Assembly: GCF_009914755.1 (NCBI RefSeq)
Contig: NC_060929.1
DNA: 64,000 bases
Reading direction: 5' to 3' (one strand)
DNA from: the human T2T-CHM13v2.0 reference genome, Homo sapiens
Shown here: in pieces, positions 62,249 to 64,000 of the stretch
How positions within the stretch are numbered: the first letter of the stretch is position 1
Layout: each line of letters starts with the position of its first letter
The notes under the pieces: generated by a model
Seen by the model: the letters and a program-made list of their open reading frames with translations, nothing else
Told to the model about the DNA's origin: nothing
The model's database searches: none
Position numbers and translations under genes: made by a program

Positions 62249-64000
62249 GAATTCCCAGTAACTTCCTTGTGTTGTGTACATTCAACTCACAGAGTTGAAC
62301 GTTCCCTTAGACAGAGCAGATTTGAAACACTCTTTTTGTGCAATTGGCAAGTGGAGATTTCAAGCGCTTTAAGGTCAATGGCAGAAAAGGAAATATCTTC
62401 GTTTCAAAACTAGACAGAATCATTCCCACAAACTGCGTTGTGATGTGTTCGTTCATCTCACAGAGTTTAACCTTTCTTTTCATAGAGCAGTTAGGAAACA
62501 GTCTGTTTGAAAATTCTGTAAGTGGATATTCTGACATCTTGTGGCCTTCGTTGGAAACGGGATTTCTTCATATTCTGCTAGACAGAAGAATTCTCAGAAA
62601 CTTCCTTGTGTTGTGTGTATTCAACTCACACAGTTGAACGATGGTTTACACAGAGCAGATTTGAAACACTCTTTTTGTGGAATTTGCAAGTGGAGATTTC
62701 AGCCGCTTTGAGGTCAATGGTAGAAAAGGAAATATCTTCGTATAAAAACTAGACAGAATGATTCTCAGAAACTTCTTTGTGATGTGTGCGTTCAACTCAC
62801 AGAGTTTAACCTTTCTTTTCATAGAGCAGTTAGGAAACACTCTGTTTGTAAACTCTGCAAGTGGATATTCAGACCTCTTTGAGGCCTTCGTTGGAAACGG
62901 GATTTCTTCATACTGTGCTAGACAGAAGAATTCTCAGTAACTTCCTTGTGTTGTGTGTATTCAACTCACAGAGTTGAACGATCCTTTACACAGAGCAGAC
63001 TTGAAACACTCTTTTTGTGGAATTTGCAAGTGGAGATTTCAGCCGCGTTGAGGTCAATGGTAGAAAAGGAAATATCTTCGTATAAAAACTAGACAGAATG
63101 ATTCTCAGAAACTCCTTTGAGATGTGTGTGTTCAACTCACAGAGTTTAACCTTTCTTTTCATAGAGCAGTTAGGAATCACTCTGTTTGTAAAGTCTGCAA
63201 GTGGATATTCAGACCTCTTTGAGGCCTTCGTTGGAAACGGGTTTTTTTCATATAAGGCTAGACAGAAGAATTCCCAGTAACTTCCTTGTGTTGTGTGTGT
63301 TCAACTCACAGAGTTGAACTTTCATTTACACAGAGCAGATTTGAAACACTCTTTTTGTGGAATTTGCAAATGGAGATTTCAAGCGCTTTGAGGCCAAAGG
63401 CAGAAAAGGAAATATCTTCGTATAAAAACTAGACAGAATCATTCTCAGAAACTGCTCTGCGATGTGTGCGTTCAACTCTCAGAGTTTAACTTTGCTTTTC
63501 ATTCAGCAGTTTGGAAACACTCTGTTTGTAAAGTCTGCACGTGGATAATTTGACCACTTAGAGGCCTTCGTTGGAAACGGGTTTTTTTCATGTAAGGCTA
63601 GACAGAAGAATTCTCAGTAACTTCCTTGTGTTGTGTGTATTCAACTCACACAGTTGAACGATCCTTTACACAGAGCAGACTTGTAACACTCTTTTTGTGG
63701 AATTTGCAAGTGGAGATTTCAGCCGCTTTGAAGACAAAGGTGGAAAAGGAAATATCTTCCTATAAAAACTACACAGAATGATTCTCAGAAACTCCTTTGT
63801 GATGTGTGCGTTCAACTCACAGAGTTTAACCTTTCTTTTCATAGAGCAGTTAGGAAACACTCTGTTTGTAAAGTCTGCAAGTGGATATTCAGACCTCTTT
63901 GAGGCCTTCGTTGGAAACGGGTTTTTTTCATATAAGGCTAGACAGAAGAATTCCCAGTAACTTCCTTGTGTTGTGTGTGTTCAACTCACAGAGTTGAACT
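62249..64000 (+). repeat. Partial HOR unit C-D-E-A-B..., truncated by the window edge
   Basis: Carries the same private markers as the 20-mers at 44920 and 54094. Confidence 0.88.

Larger units (their letters stand above)
1..64000 (+). repeat. Alpha-satellite higher-order repeat array, SF1 dimeric (J1/J2) type, D1Z7/D5Z2/D19Z3-like
   Basis: Continuous head-to-tail ~170-bp monomers with alphoid consensus segments (cattctcagaaact, gatgtgtgcgttcaactcacagagtttaac, gaaacactctttttgtggaatttgcaagtggagattt). Strict ~340-bp dimer period, CENP-B box in alternate monomers, and near-identity between HOR copies. Alpha-satellite identity is certain; the subfamily name is from recall, not from a search. Confidence 0.97.

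Noticed and set aside
578-63960. Many repeated 60-99 aa ORFs on both strands (MILRNSF..., MFPNCSM..., MQLASG...)
   Set aside because: They are chance open frames of the alpha-satellite dimer. They recur with the repeat period, overlap antisense, appear and vanish with single SNVs or indels, and show no domain, promoter or splice context. I used them only as variant markers.
1-64000. CRISPR-like or other repeat-spacer array
   Set aside because: The sequence between the conserved motifs is itself repeated; there are no unique spacers and no cas genes.
1-64000. Transposon insertion (L1/Alu), inversion or non-alphoid island
   Set aside because: All unit spacings are multiples of ~339.7 bp, CENP-B boxes stay on the + strand throughout, and I saw no poly-A tail, target-site duplication or foreign sequence.
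1-64000. Assignment to a specific chromosome (1, 5 or 19) or to the CENP-A core domain
   Set aside because: The array family is shared between these chromosomes and kinetochore position is epigenetic; this needs alignment to T2T assemblies and chromatin data.

Overview
The whole 64-kb window is one uninterrupted, single-orientation array of primate (almost certainly human) centromeric alpha-satellite DNA. It has ~170-bp monomers arranged as ~340-bp dimers, with a CENP-B box in every second monomer, a pJalpha-type box in the alternate monomer and an EcoRI site at almost every dimer boundary. This is the suprachromosomal family 1 (J1/J2) organisation, most similar to the live D1Z7/D5Z2/D19Z3 (S1C1/5/19H1L) array of chr1/5/19; I cannot assign the chromosome by eye. 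I see no genes, RNA genes, CRISPR arrays, transposon insertions or inversions, and every ORF in the track is a satellite artefact. Five dimer classes can be distinguished (my labels): A (ttgaactttcatt...ctgcacgtgg...ccacttag), B (gacttgtaac...gaagtcaaag), C (gtacatt...cccacaaactgcg...gacatcttgtgg), D (gatggtttac...catactgtgc) and E (ccgcgttg...gagatg...ggaatcac). They build a variable higher-order repeat C-D-E-A-(B-A)n. The 21 complete units are 8x 16-mer, 5x 20-mer, 4x 12-mer, 2x 18-mer, 1x 8-mer and 1x 32-mer. The interesting content is evolutionary: multi-kb super-HOR duplications, mappable recombination junctions, a micro-conversion tract, and two different CENP-B-box-destroying mutations in the same CpG of sister units. 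I found no evidence for a novel protein-coding or RNA system.
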